Part shown: piece after piece, positions 48,892-61,247 of the stretch
Numbering within the stretch: position 1 is the stretch's first letter
How the letters are laid out: every line of letters begins with the position of its first letter
Source: Flaccisagitta enflata
Lineage: Eukaryota
Assembly: GCA_965153355.1 (NCBI GenBank)
Contig: OZ231126.1
Coordinates: 15,872,001-15,936,000, forward strand
Length of the DNA: 64,000 nucleotides
Direction: 5' to 3'
Notes under the pieces: generated by a model
What the model saw: only the letters and a program-made list of their open reading frames with translations
Told to the model about the DNA's origin: nothing
Databases searched by the model: none
Made by a program: the position numbers and the translations under genes

Positions 48892-50436
48892 TGTGTGTCT
48901 GTTCATCTACATTCTACTCGATTTACCAAGTATGTAAGACTAAAATTGCTTCTTAACTTGCAGGAGAGTCACCTTTTGCGGAATTGTTTTACTGTAAGAA
49001 TATCGCCGGTGTTGAGTAATTGCCTAAGAGTTATTATAACCATGATCAGTTACCAATATTATTTTCCTAGAATAATCGTTGTATTCCTTAGTAACTGCTA
49101 GCGAATATTAAGTTTTAATCCTCGATTGATGCTCCGTTTAGTAGGTACCTAACTCAAGTGTACAAGTCTACTAAGTTACTAACAGTAACAAATCACGCAT
49201 TGCGCTATATCCAAGTATGTCTCTGATCCTTTTCACTACGATTTCTTGAGGGCTAGGTCGACCCAATTGTCACTTGTGGCAGGGCAGCGATGGTGAAATA
49301 ATGAAAATGGGCCCTAAATGGACACACGTGTCCAATCAACTGACGGACGGACGGACCGGAACATGCCGCATTGAGTCGCGAACTGCGAGAAAAAAAAAAA
49401 CACATTTTTTTTTGGTTCTTTCAATTCTATAGGCCTAATTTATCATGTCAACAATCTTTTGTTTCATTCCCACTATCCCTAAAAAGAAATTATGATAGCT
49501 ATGTTCTATAACATTCTCATATCCTGTTGCCCCTCGGCCCACAATTAGGCAATCTGGATTTGGCCGGATCTAAGCAAGTTCTGAAGGCAGACAACAATCC
49601 TTGGGTGGCTCCGATTGCCGATCAATTTCAAATTGGAATCACTCACGTCTTCGACTTCATCCGATCTGACACATACAAATAGTAAGTACACAGCGGGAAG
49701 ATGTTGATGTATGATACTAAGAAGTTAGTCAGGGACCCCGACCAACTAGCAGGTGCGAGTCTGTCTGTAAAACTCATCGATTCAAAGTTTCATGTATCTC
49801 GTTCCGTTTTATCTCGTATGTAGCTCGTTTGAACCAGCCATTCCGTTTGTGACTTCTGTCTGACTTGCCATCCACTCTGTAAAACCCATCTTGTATGCAT
49901 TCGCCTGGTTCGTCAGCCCTCAAGACAAAATCGTGAAAAAACCAGGCCAAGTTATGGCGAATAAGTGCGCCTCGCTTTATAAAGAATCTATGAATGAACG
50001 TTTGTAACGAACGAATGAATGAATGAAAATGTATGAATGAAAATGTATGAATGAAAATGAATATGATACATGAAAGGCATGAGAGGTGATAGGAATGAAG
50101 AAATACGTCCGAATCAGCCGTTCTGCACACATCAAACGTTTGCGTGACCGACCGACAGACCGACCAACCAATCAACCGACCGACCAACAAACTAACCGAC
50201 GGGCGGACATGACCTCTTCTAGAAGCGCGAGGACGCATTTAAAAACGTTGCCTGTTGAGCAATAGGCATTAGGCAATGAGGCATTGAAATAGGATGATAA
50301 GGGTAAAATGTTTCCTTCTCTTTTGCTCTCACTCACTCGCTCGCCCAGCTTGTATGGGCGTCACATGCAGGCGAATGCTCCGCCCCCGCCTATCACCAGC
50401 GACAAATCCAAAAAAATCTCTCGTTTAAGGAAATGA
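46278..50436 (+). CDS. RSU1: Ras suppressor protein 1 (LRR protein), 271 aa; exons 46278-46383, 47225-47275, 47407-47527, 47752-47880, 48000-48069, 48163-48280, 49549-49681, 50349-50436
   Basis: Spliced translation MSKVKKIVEE..LSHNKI..GMNRLNSLPRGFGAFPVLEVLDLTYNNL..LRELHIQGNRLTILPPELG..NNPWVAPIADQFQIG..YKYLYGRHMQANAPPP..DKSKKISR matches recalled RSU1 motifs. All introns are GT-AG; 816 nt in frame. Confidence 0.95.
48424..48898. repeat. Compound (GT)n/(AT)n microsatellite in an RSU1 intron
   Basis: Direct reading. Confidence 0.95.
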
Positions 50437-50897
50437 GATTAAGCGCCTATAGGCGGAAAACAAAAAAGTTCTACGAAGTTCTGCTTTTGACTTGTTATAT
50501 TGACCAATCAAAAATGCCATGTTACTTACTGATTTTCTATCGCGTGTGCAATATTTGTTAATTATTTTTGAAAAGCTCAACTCTTAATATTTCTTTGCAA
50601 CTAACTTTCTATCCAAAACGCTAAGATTGCGAGGTCCTGAATTAAGTCAAATCTATTCATTCAGCTTCATAGTTAACGTAGTAATGAATCTCTTCTCATA
50701 GTTTTGATTTTAGGTTTAATAAGATTCGCAACAATCACCGCACAATTAGCGAGAGAAACGAGACAAACATGATTAGAGTTATTTAAGAGAACATCTACAC
50801 ACAACCATTCTAGATCGATTGATAACCATATAGGTAAACAACAGCTTGGAGTTTTATCATGAGCACCATAAGCAATAGGTTGATGCAAAAAGAACTA

Positions 50898-51245
50898 CCG
50901 TATTTTTTCTAATTAGCGCCCCGGGCGCTTTTGAAATTGGAAAAAAAACATTGTCATTTTACCCTCCAATAAGCGCCCCCTTTTGATTCATAAACATTCT
51001 CTTTTCCTATGTTTTTTACAATGAATGCTATTTAGAATATCAAAAATGTGATATTAAATGTATCAGAGTGATATTTTTTGCTTGTTTTCTAATCAATCCC
51101 TGATAATAGACACTGAAATAAGCAAAATCAGTTTTCTTTCAATAGTCATTCACTTCTTCATCTTCCCCCAAATCATTATTCTGAGGAGCAGAAAGAGGGG
51201 GGGGGCGTTAATTAGAGGGGGGGCGATAAATGGAAAAAAATACGG
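50898..51245. mobile_element. pogo/Tc-type MITE
   Basis: TA|CCGTATTTTTTC ... GAAAAAAATACGG|TA with repeated TAAGCGCCCC-like subterminal motifs. Confidence 0.8.
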
Positions 51246-51301
51246 TATTTCGTCGTATTTTCACCCGATCCATACGCTGCAGGGAATGAACTGTTTTGGT
51301 T

Positions 51302-53072
51302 CTAAGAAAAGTTGACGTATTGAATTTCACTACGATAAAACGATTTGATGTCGTCTACGGGAATTTCAGTGAGAGGGGAACCGAAGGTGATGTCAGTCTC
51401 TTCTTTCTGGGAGCCGATTTGGAGTGGGGGTTTGACTAGAGGAGGAAGAACTCCCGGAGATATCACGATCCCTGAGTCCGCGCCTGGGTCAAAGATTAAA
51501 ATGATACAGTGGTTAGTATATGAAATGATATGATATGATATGAGCATGAGGTTTGTGAGAAAGATAGAATGCCAAAAAAATAGGATTAGGAGAAAAGGAG
51601 GCTGAGGAGAACGTAGAAAAGAGAGTTTGAACGGAAACAAGGGAAGTAGTGAGTGAAATGAGCGTAAACAAGAAAAAAGATGGGAGAAAAGCGAGCGGAA
51701 ATGGAAAAAGATTAATAACAAGAACATGGATATTCTATTCACGACATACCGGTTGATGGTCGTCTTTGTGCTATTGTTGGCGTGACGTCGTATCCGGATT
51801 GACTTTTGATCCCCAGCTCCGACTCATACCTCTGCAGGAGTAGAACATCATAACAATAATATTCTTGTATACATTTAGTTTTTTCTGTCATTGTGTAAAA
51901 ACCTGTAAATCTCACGACTATAATTCGGTCGCCACCTTCTACCTCGATTGTCTGCGCGAGATCCGGACTACCGGGTTTCTGTTTCGTCTTCTTACGCGTC
52001 TTCCGTTTCCGCTTTTGCTTTGACGTCACCGCCGGCGACGCTTCGCTAGATGAAGACCTTCCGTCGGTCGTTGGGTTCCTAATGCTGCTTTTGGGCGATA
52101 CGTCGGCGCCGAGCGTCAGTCTTTGTTGCGCCAAGGGTGGCACCGACGTCGACGACGATGGTTGTGGTGGTGGTAATCCCCACGATGGGCTGGTAGCCAA
52201 TTGAGTCGGTGGCCGACATTGTTTTTCACCCACGCCGTTTCTCAGTTCCATTCCAAAATTGCGTTTCTCTTCCTCGTTGAGCCCACCCGGTTTATCGTTA
52301 TCGTTTGTTTTTGCCGGCCCCTGCTGCTGATCGCTCGGAGCCACTCTGCCTTTATTCTTGGCGGAGCAGGAGGGAGTGTCCTCTGCAGCTTCCTTCGCCT
52401 TCTCTCGATTGGCTATTTCGCGATCTCGCATTAACATGATGTACGAGTACGTTGACAGTTTTTTGCTGGTGAGGTTGAGGGGTATCACAATAAATGAAAA
52501 ATATATACAGTAGATCTCATTCTAGACAAGTGAAGTCGCTGGGATTTCACCCTTCAAACTAACAGTACGCAGTTTCGCCGGCAGTAATCGAGCATAGCGG
52601 GAAGAAATTCAGCGTGATAAAAATTATCAATTTTTTTTAACGAGGAAGACACTCTCGCTTCGGATTAAAAACCCAATCCTGTTGGGGGGATAGTGGTGAA
52701 GGATGGATTTGTCATAAATTTTTCACGTAGGAGGCTCAACCATGGATTCTGTAGCCTAGAAGGAAATGGTCTTGAACAAAATAGTTATCAAGGGGTGAGA
52801 TTAAACCCCCTTGATTACTCGGGGTAGAACCCCGAGCCAACCCTGAGCAACCCAAGCTAGGAGTTGGCTCGGGGTTGCTCGAGGTTTGCTTAGGGTTGCT
52901 CGGGGTTGCATTGTTTGAAAAAAAAACCAGGCCGGATACACGGCAATCTAGTCGTAGACGGTTGGCCAGGAGCAGTAGGGCGAAAACCACTCTGAATTCA
53001 AAAATAAGACGGAGGGACCGACGGAGGGACCGACGGAGGGACCGACCAACACGGCAAGGTGTAGAGTCGCCT

Positions 53073-53162
<90 letters not shown>

Positions 53163-56100
53163 TATGTACAGCTGAGCTTCACTAGAGCGCATGCCAAGGG
53201 ACTGGGCAAAATTATACCTGATAGTAAAGCTGCCTTATTGCCAATATAGAAACAACTACAAACTCTCTCATAGGACTGCAAGTTCTATGCCTTACAGGCG
53301 GGCATGCCTTATTAGCGGGTGCGCTCTAGCGGTGCTCCACTGTATGTGCACTGAACTCACTAACAGAGTGATACAAACAACGAAGGCATTACATTGACTC
53401 TTTCTATTTTTAGTTGCGGAGACGCAACTCTAAAAGAGCCTTTGTCCGTCCATCCGTCGGTCCGTCCGTTGGTCCGTAAGCACGAGTCGAAAAGTGTGAA
53501 AATGCGCATTTCCGCCCCTGCCCACCCGTCCGCAACTGGTATTGGCCGTGTATCCGGCCTTGTTCCTAATCAGTTAACTATGGCCTGAACGAGGTTACAA
53601 TTCTCTCGAACTTGTTAGCTCTTTCATCAAAACAGTGTAAGAGGGGAAATCAGGGTAATAACTTTTTTTCTATTTCCCTAACAACCAGGAGACCGCCGTT
53701 GGTAACGTAACCACAATTCTTTCATGCGTCTAGACTTGAGATGACGGGGGCAAGGATAATGGGAAGAGAAATGAAGCGAGGGGACTGATATTTGGAATGT
53801 AAATAAATAAAACATTAATTTATTCCCCAGGATAGTCAGTTGCCATGGAAACACATTTCTATGTAGTTTCGCTAAAATATCAATATTTTTAGACGTTTTT
53901 TTAGGGAACATAGCTTAAAAAGAAATTTGCTACAACTTTTCCACAGTATGTTTTATGAAAATGTCGCTTGCTTGGCCATTGCTAGGGAGCATATCCATGT
54001 GTGACAACCCCCAGCAACCACTAAATGAGCGACATTCTTACAGAACATACTGTAGGAAAGTTATAGCAAATTTAATTTTCAAAAATATTTCCTCATAAAA
54101 TTTCTTAAAATGTTGATATTTTAGCAAAAATACATAGAAATGTTTCCATGGCAACCAGCTATTATGGGCAATAAAGCATCCCTTTATTAGTCTATGTTTC
54201 AAATACCACTCCCCTGCCTTTATTTATATTTCTACAATGCTTGCCCCCATTATTTTAAGTCTGGACGAGATCTACTGTATAAGATATATCAAAGATGTAC
54301 AAATATGTACAGATATATGTGATATTATCATGCTTTTAGGTGAGTGTTTTCATTGAAGTAAGACCCCAAGTTAGTCTTCGGCGATGAGCTTAAAAAAGCT
54401 ACTATCTTGCTAATGAATATATCGACATCTGAAAAAAAGCATCAACTTTAGAAAAATACTGCTCCCAAACAAAAAAAGCTACAATTACCAGATTGGTCTC
54501 ATTTTAAATATTTGTTTAAACTCTTTGAAATGCGACCAATCTGGTAATTGTAGCTTTATTTCTTTAGAAGCAGTACTTTTCCAAAGTTGATACTTCTTTT
54601 CAGGTGTTGATATATTTATTAGCAAGATAGTAGGTCTTACCTCATCAAGTAGATGTGGAATCCGAGCAGATGGCCGATTAGCCCCATGGCTAGCACGTTA
54701 AGAACGAGGTAAAAAAATGCAACCGCCAGCCATACTTCTTCGCTAGAAGGTGTCATGAAAATATAAAGACGCGCCGTAGTATTTGGAGTCGTAATGGACT
54801 GCGAGGTGCTAGTTGGCGATGCAGTTGTAACCGCGTCATCCTTGGATGGTCGCCAGTTTGAGTATAGCAAATCTCTATTTACAAAGTAGAGGACAATTTC
54901 AGTAACGGTTACGCCGAAGGCCAGGAAACAGAAGAGTATTGCAGAGACGAGACAAACGATGAATATTCGATAGTTGCGACCTCCGATACAATTGTTCAGC
55001 CAAAAGCAATGATGATCGAATTCCTGTTCGATGGCGTGCGTCAAAACAGTTAATGAATTATCTCGGCGTCATGCCCGCTATATGCCAGGGTCGTGAAGGC
55101 CAACCAAATTTTTAGTCGCGAACACGCGACTCTACACCTTGCTTTGATGGTCCGTCTGTCCATCGGTCGGTCGGTCCATTGGAAATGTTTTCGAAATATT
55201 TTGTCTTCTTGTGTCAATTTCTGTTATTTTCAGTACTGCTCCTGCCCAACCGTCCACCTTTTTTTTCTTCGTTGAGCTTGTTGATATTAAGTTTTGCTCA
55301 CCTCTATACATTTGTTGCAGTATGAACAATGCTTTGCTTCGTCCGTTACATTCGTCTCGCAGATATTGCAGTACAGATTTTCAATGACGTGCGCGTGCTT
55401 TGAGCGGTCAAAAGCTGGCAACGGAACCTATAAACAATTGAAATTAAGATCGAACAAGAAATATTAAAGAAAATTACTATTTAAATGATTTTGAAAGTGA
55501 TGGGATGGCAGACCATAGGAATACCTCAACTCTACCCACTAGTGCCCACAGGGTGGGAAAAAGTTCAGGTTGAGTGACCATTGCCCCCACCTGGTTTTTT
55601 AGGCTTTACACAATGTGGGGAAGTGTTTTCTAGCAAGAATTAAATCATCCTTGGGGCGCTTTTTAAAGTATATGAAAAATTCAACATTTTTGTTTGGAAA
55701 AAGTTTGCAGGTTGGTTTGACTTATTGTTTGACAGCATATTGTTAGTCCTGGTAAAATTCCCTTTTGTTTGATAGGTTGCACTATAGAGTTTCAAAAAGA
55801 AATACAATTTTTAGTTGCGGACACGCAGGTCTATAAGAGGCTTTGTCCGTCTGTTGGTCGGTCCGTGGACACGAGTCAAAAAGTGGGAAACTGCGCATTT
55901 CCACCCCTGCTCACCCGTCCGTAACTGGTATGGGCTGTGTAACCGGCCTTGTTATATTCTAGGCAGCCATTATGATATTTGTAATGGTGGTATAAAAAAT
56001 CAAGCTTTTATTTCTTTTCAAAACCCTATAGGTCATGGTGTACAGGAACAGGAAATTTTGGTTTCATATCACTTTTTGCTTGTGATTTATATTTATAAAC

Positions 56101-57368
56101 TAAAAATATTATTGTGATTTCAGTTAAGTATTTTTGATTTAATGTATTAAATGTTTTAACAATGTTTTTAAACCCAGAATACTGACTATAGTTTCATAAG
56201 AATCAGTAATAACAATTGAATGTTTGAATTCTTTAGAAAAATGGTGAACAAGATTTCAAAATGTTGTTGGGTGAAATTATATCACGGCCTCAGTAAAAAT
56301 AATTTTGTATTTCTAAGAACATGGCCCTTTTCTTATATGTTTTTATAAAAAGGCCATGTCTTTGTTCATGCAAATTTCTTTATTTCTATGCAATGATATA
56401 ATTTCACCTAATAGAAATGAGACGACAAAGTATAATTTTCTATAAAAAATCTTCTTTTTTCTACCTTATTTCAATACATTATGTACATCAAATGTGTATG
56501 TTAGAGATTATCTATGCAAAAATTTATTGTTCATCACTTAAAAAATGTTTTTTCAACAAAAAAAATTATAAAAAAATGATACCAAAAATATCTAAAAAAT
56601 TCAAATGACGCATGAAATTTCTTCTTCCCGTACATTGCGTCATAGTGCAACGTATCAAATTAAAGGGAATTTCCTTAGAAAAAAATAAGTCCGACCAATC
56701 TGCTAAATTTTTTTCTCAAAATCATGTTAAAAATCATGAATTTTTCATTTTTAAAAAAAAGCGCCCTAAGGAAGATTGAATTTGGCTAAAAAACACTTTC
56801 CCACATTGAGTAGAGCTTAAATACCAGGTGGGGGCAATGGTTACTCAACTTTACCATGATATACGACGTATAAAGATGGGCTGCTTATACTCACCTTTAA
56901 ATCACGGCCTCGGATATTAGGGTCGGCCGGATTCATGGAGACGCAACAAAATTGAGTGACAACATGTATAAAAGCTACCACGGCGGGTATCGTATAACCC
57001 GGGTATATGAAATAAGACCACAGCGCCGTTGCGATAGTGCAAAAGTAGTAAGAGACGATGAACACGAGAACGATCCAGGAAATCACTTGGCGAGGATGCA
57101 GAGGCCAGGTCCATCCATTTTTGCGACTGTTTAAGAAGAGAATATCATGGAAATTTGTTCACGAAGTTGACGTAGAAATATCAAAATGATTAATGAATAA
57201 TGATGAGAAAATTCGGCACTGTGCCAACCTGTGAGAGGAAAATTTCCGTATTTCCGTGGGTGGACCACCTTGCGACGATTGATGTCCATCAGAAACGCTG
57301 CTTGCGTATGAGTCAATGCTTTCTGTATTGTTTTCGACAGTTTGTCTTGAATTGTTTCTGCTCATCAT
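51302..57368 (-). CDS. DHHC palmitoyltransferase, ZDHHC1/ZDHHC11-like, about 555 aa; exons 57368-57229, 57126-56895, 55427-55302, 55023-54641, 52465-51943, 51831-51750, 51483-51302
   Basis: SRKNGWTWPLHP, two TM helices, FDRSKHAHVIENLYCNIC..AKHCSYCNKCIE|EFDHHCFWLNNCIGGRNY, two more TM helices, then LGFHIYLM|SKKLSTYSYI. Phases are consistent (1668 nt). The start codon and last two exons are less certain. Confidence 0.88.
52508..54277. mobile_element. TA-flanked palindromic MITE (arms ~53727-53990 / ~54020-54267) whose left tip is displaced by about 1.2 kb of inserted DNA
   Basis: TA|CAGTAGATCTC at 52508 matches GAGATCTACTG|TA ending at 54277. TCTAGAC appears at both 52521 and 53729. Each arm carries GTTGCCATGGAAAC. 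Confidence 0.6.
54399..54633. mobile_element. Hairpin MITE with ~110-bp arms
   Basis: CTACTATCTTGCTAAT...AAAGCTACAATTACCAGATTGGTC is mirrored by GACCAATCTGGTAATTGTAGCTTT...ATTAGCAAGATAGTAG. Confidence 0.85.
55568..56850. mobile_element. TIR element in ZDHHC intron 2 with a nested HINE-like copy
   Basis: GTTGAGTGACCATTGCCCCCACCTGGT..CAATGTGGGGAAGTGTTTT is mirrored by AAAACACTTTCCCACATTG..ACCAGGTGGGGGCAATGGTTACTCAAC. Confidence 0.75.
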
Positions 57369-58166
57369 TGTGAAGTATCATTTTCCTCACATTAGTCAAC
57401 TATCCGATGAACTTTGTTAAGGTGACGGCGAAGAAATTAAGTAGGTACATTGCAAAAATAGAAAATGAAAAACTGTTTTTTTAAGGCCAAAAAATTTTTT
57501 TGCCTCGCCTAATTCAATCTTCTCAGTTGAAAATATGTCAGAATAAGGATAGAAGGCATTTGTGGTCGTGACGAAAAAATAAACATTGAAGCTGAGACAA
57601 GACGCTGTCAGTTCTTTTTTAAATCGATATTTCTAGGAGAGAAAGAAATTAATGAGATGTACTATCTCAGTGCGAAAAGATAAAAAATGGACTGGTTCAT
57701 ACTTAATAAAGTGTGTTGTCGGCTGTTAAGACTACATTGTTTGCAATAGTGCTGATTCTATAGTTTTGAGAACCTTGTTAGCTGTAAGGCACGTTAACCA
57801 GACCTTAAGGCATGTTATTCAGACCTTGTTCGGAATTCTTCTGCTTTGTTGTATTTGTTACATGATAATGAACGATTAATAGTGCTAGTGGTAGCTTTTA
57901 GGTACAACCTCTTCTTTTATTTCCCAACATTCATCAATTTTGTCCTAGTTAGTAGAGCGAACATGGACGACTGATTAAGACAATTATTAGAGGAAAAGTG
58001 AATGTCCTGAGGCGTTTTTGTTTTCTTTAGCATCCCAAGTTTCTGTCCTAATCCAAGGCAAATATTTTGAGCGCTTATGTCACGAAATCAACCCGAGGAT
58101 AGAAGAACGCAAAAAAATCGCGCGTGCTTCTTGGAGACTTTCTTCTTGTCGCCGTCAATTGTGGAC

Positions 58167-60487
58167 TTAGGGTTTCCATGTAATGACTTTAACGGCGATT
58201 TCTGCTGCTCGGCGAACTGCCTCGCTCTTTTCCAAATCAATAGACGTTCGACTTCGGATCTAAATAACGATGATTGATGAAAGGAGAAAATTATCGATCG
58301 ACACAGGAAAGAAAAGGGGGAAAAAGGACGGAAATTCTTCCCACGACCAGATGAATGCTAGCCTGTTATATCATTAAAGTATGCGCCCTCGGAACTCCTT
58401 TACGCTTTTATTGGCGATACTGTTGGGGCGGTCGGTCGGGCTGTCATGCTTGCTCTTTGGCTGTTCACTTACTATTTGGCTCATTGTCAATTACACAATT
58501 GCTTCTCTTATTCTCTGCTTCTCTGCCCTGGCCAAATTGAATGCTCTCAGGACTTATTTCAAGTTGACAAAGAACAAGGCCGGATACACGGCATTGACGG
58601 CAATCCAGTCGCGGACGCGGACGGTTGGGCAGGAGCAGTAATGCAAAAACCGCTTGAAATTCAAAATGTGACGGATGGACCGACGGATCTACCGACTGAC
58701 ATGGCAAGGTGTAGAGTCGCGTATCCGCGACTAAAAAGGTCACTGTGTAAATGGTCATGTCACACCTGGTCAACATGATGGAGGAGATTCCTTCTGCCTT
58801 CCGGCGCTTCCGAAAGACAAGTAATGGCCTTGAGCGCATTGAGGCGCACTTCTGAGTTGTCAACGTTGACTAATCCCACCAAGTCCTTGATGGCCCCGCT
58901 TCGGATCGCGTTCTTCTTTCCCTATTTGTTTTAGATGCAAGTTTGAGAGAATGTAAACCCCATAATATATGATAAATACTACGTAGAGAATGATGATCAG
59001 TGGGGGCTGAACATTTTTGGGATGACAAAACTCAGTCTCACCTGAGTTGTGATCGTTATGGTCATGATAGCCCCTGCTGCTTTGGCCCTGACGTCAGTGG
59101 CTTTATCCTGGAGTAGTGTCACCAACGCTGGAAGCGCGCGCACTTCTACAGCCTTGTTCTTGCCGGCGAGTGGAACGGAGAGATCCATGATGTCCCTCGC
59201 GGCCTAAGTTTTGGAACAGATAGCTTGAATATCTTTGAAACAGAATTTTCTATCTCATGACTTCCCACAATCGGAAATTTTACCTTTGCTCGGATAGTGT
59301 CTATCGAATGAGTAAGCAAATCAGTGTAGACTTCCATGGCACCCGCGCCAAGAGCGTGATCAGTGTCAACCCGCATGCAAAAATGAAGGGTGTCCAAAAT
59401 CAGCTCTTTTATTTCATCCACTTCCGCTTGAAGTTTTGCTACCAACTGTGTAACAAATGAATTCGTCATCAATAAAATCCATCAAGCATTACTAAATCAA
59501 ACCTTCACCTGTTCCCTTATAAATCTTTTCATTTACCTTCGGTACGAGATTCGCTTCCACAATACCGGCAGCCCCAGGGGGCGTTTCTGAAATCATTTCC
59601 ATGGCCTGGACAGTAAGAACCGACGATGTTAATCTTTTCTCTGTCCATTCCAATCGCTGTTGGCGACGCAATTCTCCCATGCATTGGGTCTAATTCAACC
59701 TCACCTTGTGCGCGTTCTTTCTGGCGATGTCAACGGGGTCGTCGAACAACTTGGACACTGGGATTATGATCTCATTTTCGAGAAAGGCGTCTCTACCCAC
59801 CGCGTGACCCGCCATGACGTAAAGACATTCTGTCGCTTTTTGCCTAAAGATAGAAACTCTGAATAAATTTAATGTTTTTTCAAAGCTACCTTTTCTGACA
59901 ACGTGGAAATCTAAGCGCACAATTAAATAAGATGGGGATGCCTACCTGACAGTGGAATCGTCATCTGTCAGTAATCCTTTCAGGCTCTTTGCGATGCCCA
60001 CTCTTAGTGCCTCCGCGATATGTTCCGGATCGTGCAGGTAGTCGCATAGCGACATTAAAGCTCTTTGCCTCGTAAGCAACACATGATCCTAATAGGGGGA
60101 ATTAATTTCATGGCAAATATGATTCTAATAAATGCTGTTGCGGTTTCTGAGCAGACTCGCGAGAGGGAAAGAATACTGAATTCCACGGAGACGCTCATAG
60201 TCACAACGCAATCCTCCCTATTTCCTCCATACTGATAATGGGTCAGGGATCATTGTCTCAAGGGTCAGGGATCTTACAACTAGTTTTCATTGGATCCTGT
60301 TCATTCAATCTTATTCCCTTGTAAAATAAAGTTTAAAGAAAACGGTTCCAATTGGATCCGGAACCCGAGAGTACTGAGGTTTTTTTAATAGGTAGAAGTA
60401 AGCGCAATTTTTCTCTGAATGGTGATGATTCGCTATATAGCAGTAAAGATTTATGGTGTTTCAATTTAACTAAAAAAAACATAGAAA

Positions 60488-60527
<40 letters not shown>

Positions 60528-61093
60528 AGAGAGAAAGAGAGACAGAGAGAGACAGAGACAGTGGGAGAAACAGTGTATGTAGGCTGATGAGCCCCATGTT
60601 TTAGTGCATTATTTTTGCTCATCTTTAATCAAACTGAACAAAAGAAAATAATACATTCTCTTCTTGTGTCTTTTTCTTTCTCTCTTTTTCTCTCTTCATC
60701 ATACTATCCTAGCATTACACTGAGTGTCATCCACTGAATCACATTTTTTCTGAAAAAACTGAGCTTACTTTGTTTAGCTAGAAAGATAACCGGATCCGGT
60801 TCCAAACCTGGAACAGGATCCCAAAATCATTCTCTCAGGTTCCTAAGAAAGAAATAAAAGGAAAGAACCGGAACCGCTCAAATTAGTAGAAATGTCCCGG
60901 TTCCAATACAAATGGATCCATGTTCCATTAATGACAGCCTAAATGTGTTGTGTAGTGGGCAGTCATGACCATTTAACGGCGCTACCTGTAATTCTCGATT
61001 GAGCTTGGGCAAAGCTCTGTCGCCGTAGGCAAGCGGTACCCGGGTTGGGTCAATTTGCGGAGGGTATTTGGCGGAAATTACGGTGAATGCCAT
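58167..61093 (-). CDS. RSPH14: Radial spoke head 14 homolog (ARM-repeat; RTDR1), 343 aa; exons 61093-60986, 60088-59946, 59843-59705, 59605-59537, 59445-59284, 59203-59042, 58921-58766, 58259-58167
   Basis: Spliced translation MAFTVISAKYPPQIDPTRVPLAYGDRALPKLNRELQ|DHVLLTRQRALMSLCDYLHDPE...RLNALKAITCLSEAPEGR...AAEIAVKVITWKP* matches recalled RSPH14 N- and C-terminal motifs. All introns are GT-AG; 1032 nt. Confidence 0.92.
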
Positions 61094-61190
61094 GATTAGT
61101 TTTTGCTTCTTTTTTGGCGGTCGGGATAAATAAGTGCCTACACTGTTGAAATACGATAACAAATTACGCCAGTGGAAAAACGAGACTAAC

Positions 61191-61196
61191 TTTATT
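61191..61196 (-). terminator. Probable poly(A) signal AATAAA of DNAAF11
   Basis: About 50 nt after the stop codon and followed by a GT/T-rich tract. Confidence 0.55.
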
Positions 61197-61247
61197 TACT
61201 ATGAGAATGTAGGTCTTATGAGCACACATAAATGTCGCGATTCGTCA

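Noticed and set aside
54380-54400. Hammerhead ribozyme core (GATGAGCT..AGC); also CTGATGAG at ~60584
   Set aside because: The required GAAA after stem II and the closing stems are missing.
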